From Eledone cirrhosa (Eukaryota), in assembly GCA_964016885.1 (NCBI GenBank), contig OZ024743.1, positions 343,914,001 through 343,978,000 of the forward strand: a DNA stretch of 64,000 bases, in the 5' to 3' direction. This document shows, in pieces, positions 63,712-64,000 of the stretch. The notes beneath the pieces are model-generated. The model had not been told where the DNA came from, made no database searches, and was given only the letters and a program-made list of their open reading frames with translations. The translations under genes were made by a program, and so were the position numbers. The first letter of the stretch is position 1, and every line of letters starts with the position of its first letter.

Positions 63712-64000
63712 TCTATATAAATAAAACTGAGGATGTGTGTGTGTGTGAGTTTGAATCCCTAAAACTCGAGAAGCACCAAACCGACTGTTTTCAAACTTTA
63801 CACATGTAATACTTATGTTTCAGGCGATTTAGCGATCTGCATTAGGCGATTTAGCGATCTCTCTCTATAATTCTTAGTCTTTCTCTTTTTAGATAGATAC
63901 ATGAATATAACGGCGCGCCCTTATAATATCTGTCTGTATGTCTGGCTGTCTGCATTTCGTCACTTCCCTGAGGATGTGTGTGTGTGTGAGAGTTTGAATC
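63712..64000 (+). mobile_element. Possible non-autonomous Helitron 5' end with internal duplication
   Basis: A|TCTATATAAATAAAA start, (GT)n, AACTCGAGAA...AACCGA...TCAAACTTT; CTGAGGATGTGTG...GTTTGAATC recurs at 63968. Confidence 0.5.

Overview
AT-rich, microsatellite-saturated eukaryotic DNA. The SINE families resemble those of octopus, so it is most likely a coleoid cephalopod (inference). No host gene can be called with confidence, and nearly all listed ORFs are artefacts of (TA)n, (CA)n and (TATG)n repeats. The window holds: (1) two divergent L1/Tx1-clade LINEs head-to-tail, one 5'-truncated and one near full length with ORF1 (CCHC) and APE-RT ORF2, both inserted precisely into a (TATC)n microsatellite; (2) many Penelope-like element (PLE) remnants from roughly 9-10 unrelated families, mostly bounded by (TA)n, often fold-back palindromes, most carrying hammerhead ribozyme (HHR) motifs, including a U3-A8 core variant and a ~425-bp tandem HHR unit; (3) several tRNA-derived SINE families, one in a tandem cluster; (4) an (ATGT)n-associated non-autonomous retroelement, a CRE-clade LINE 3' end, decayed RTE LINEs, two adjacent Tc1/mariner MITEs and a Helitron-like start; (5) a 6.2-kb 40-bp satellite and a 2.5-kb CA-derived minisatellite. 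All calls were made by eye; no searches were run.
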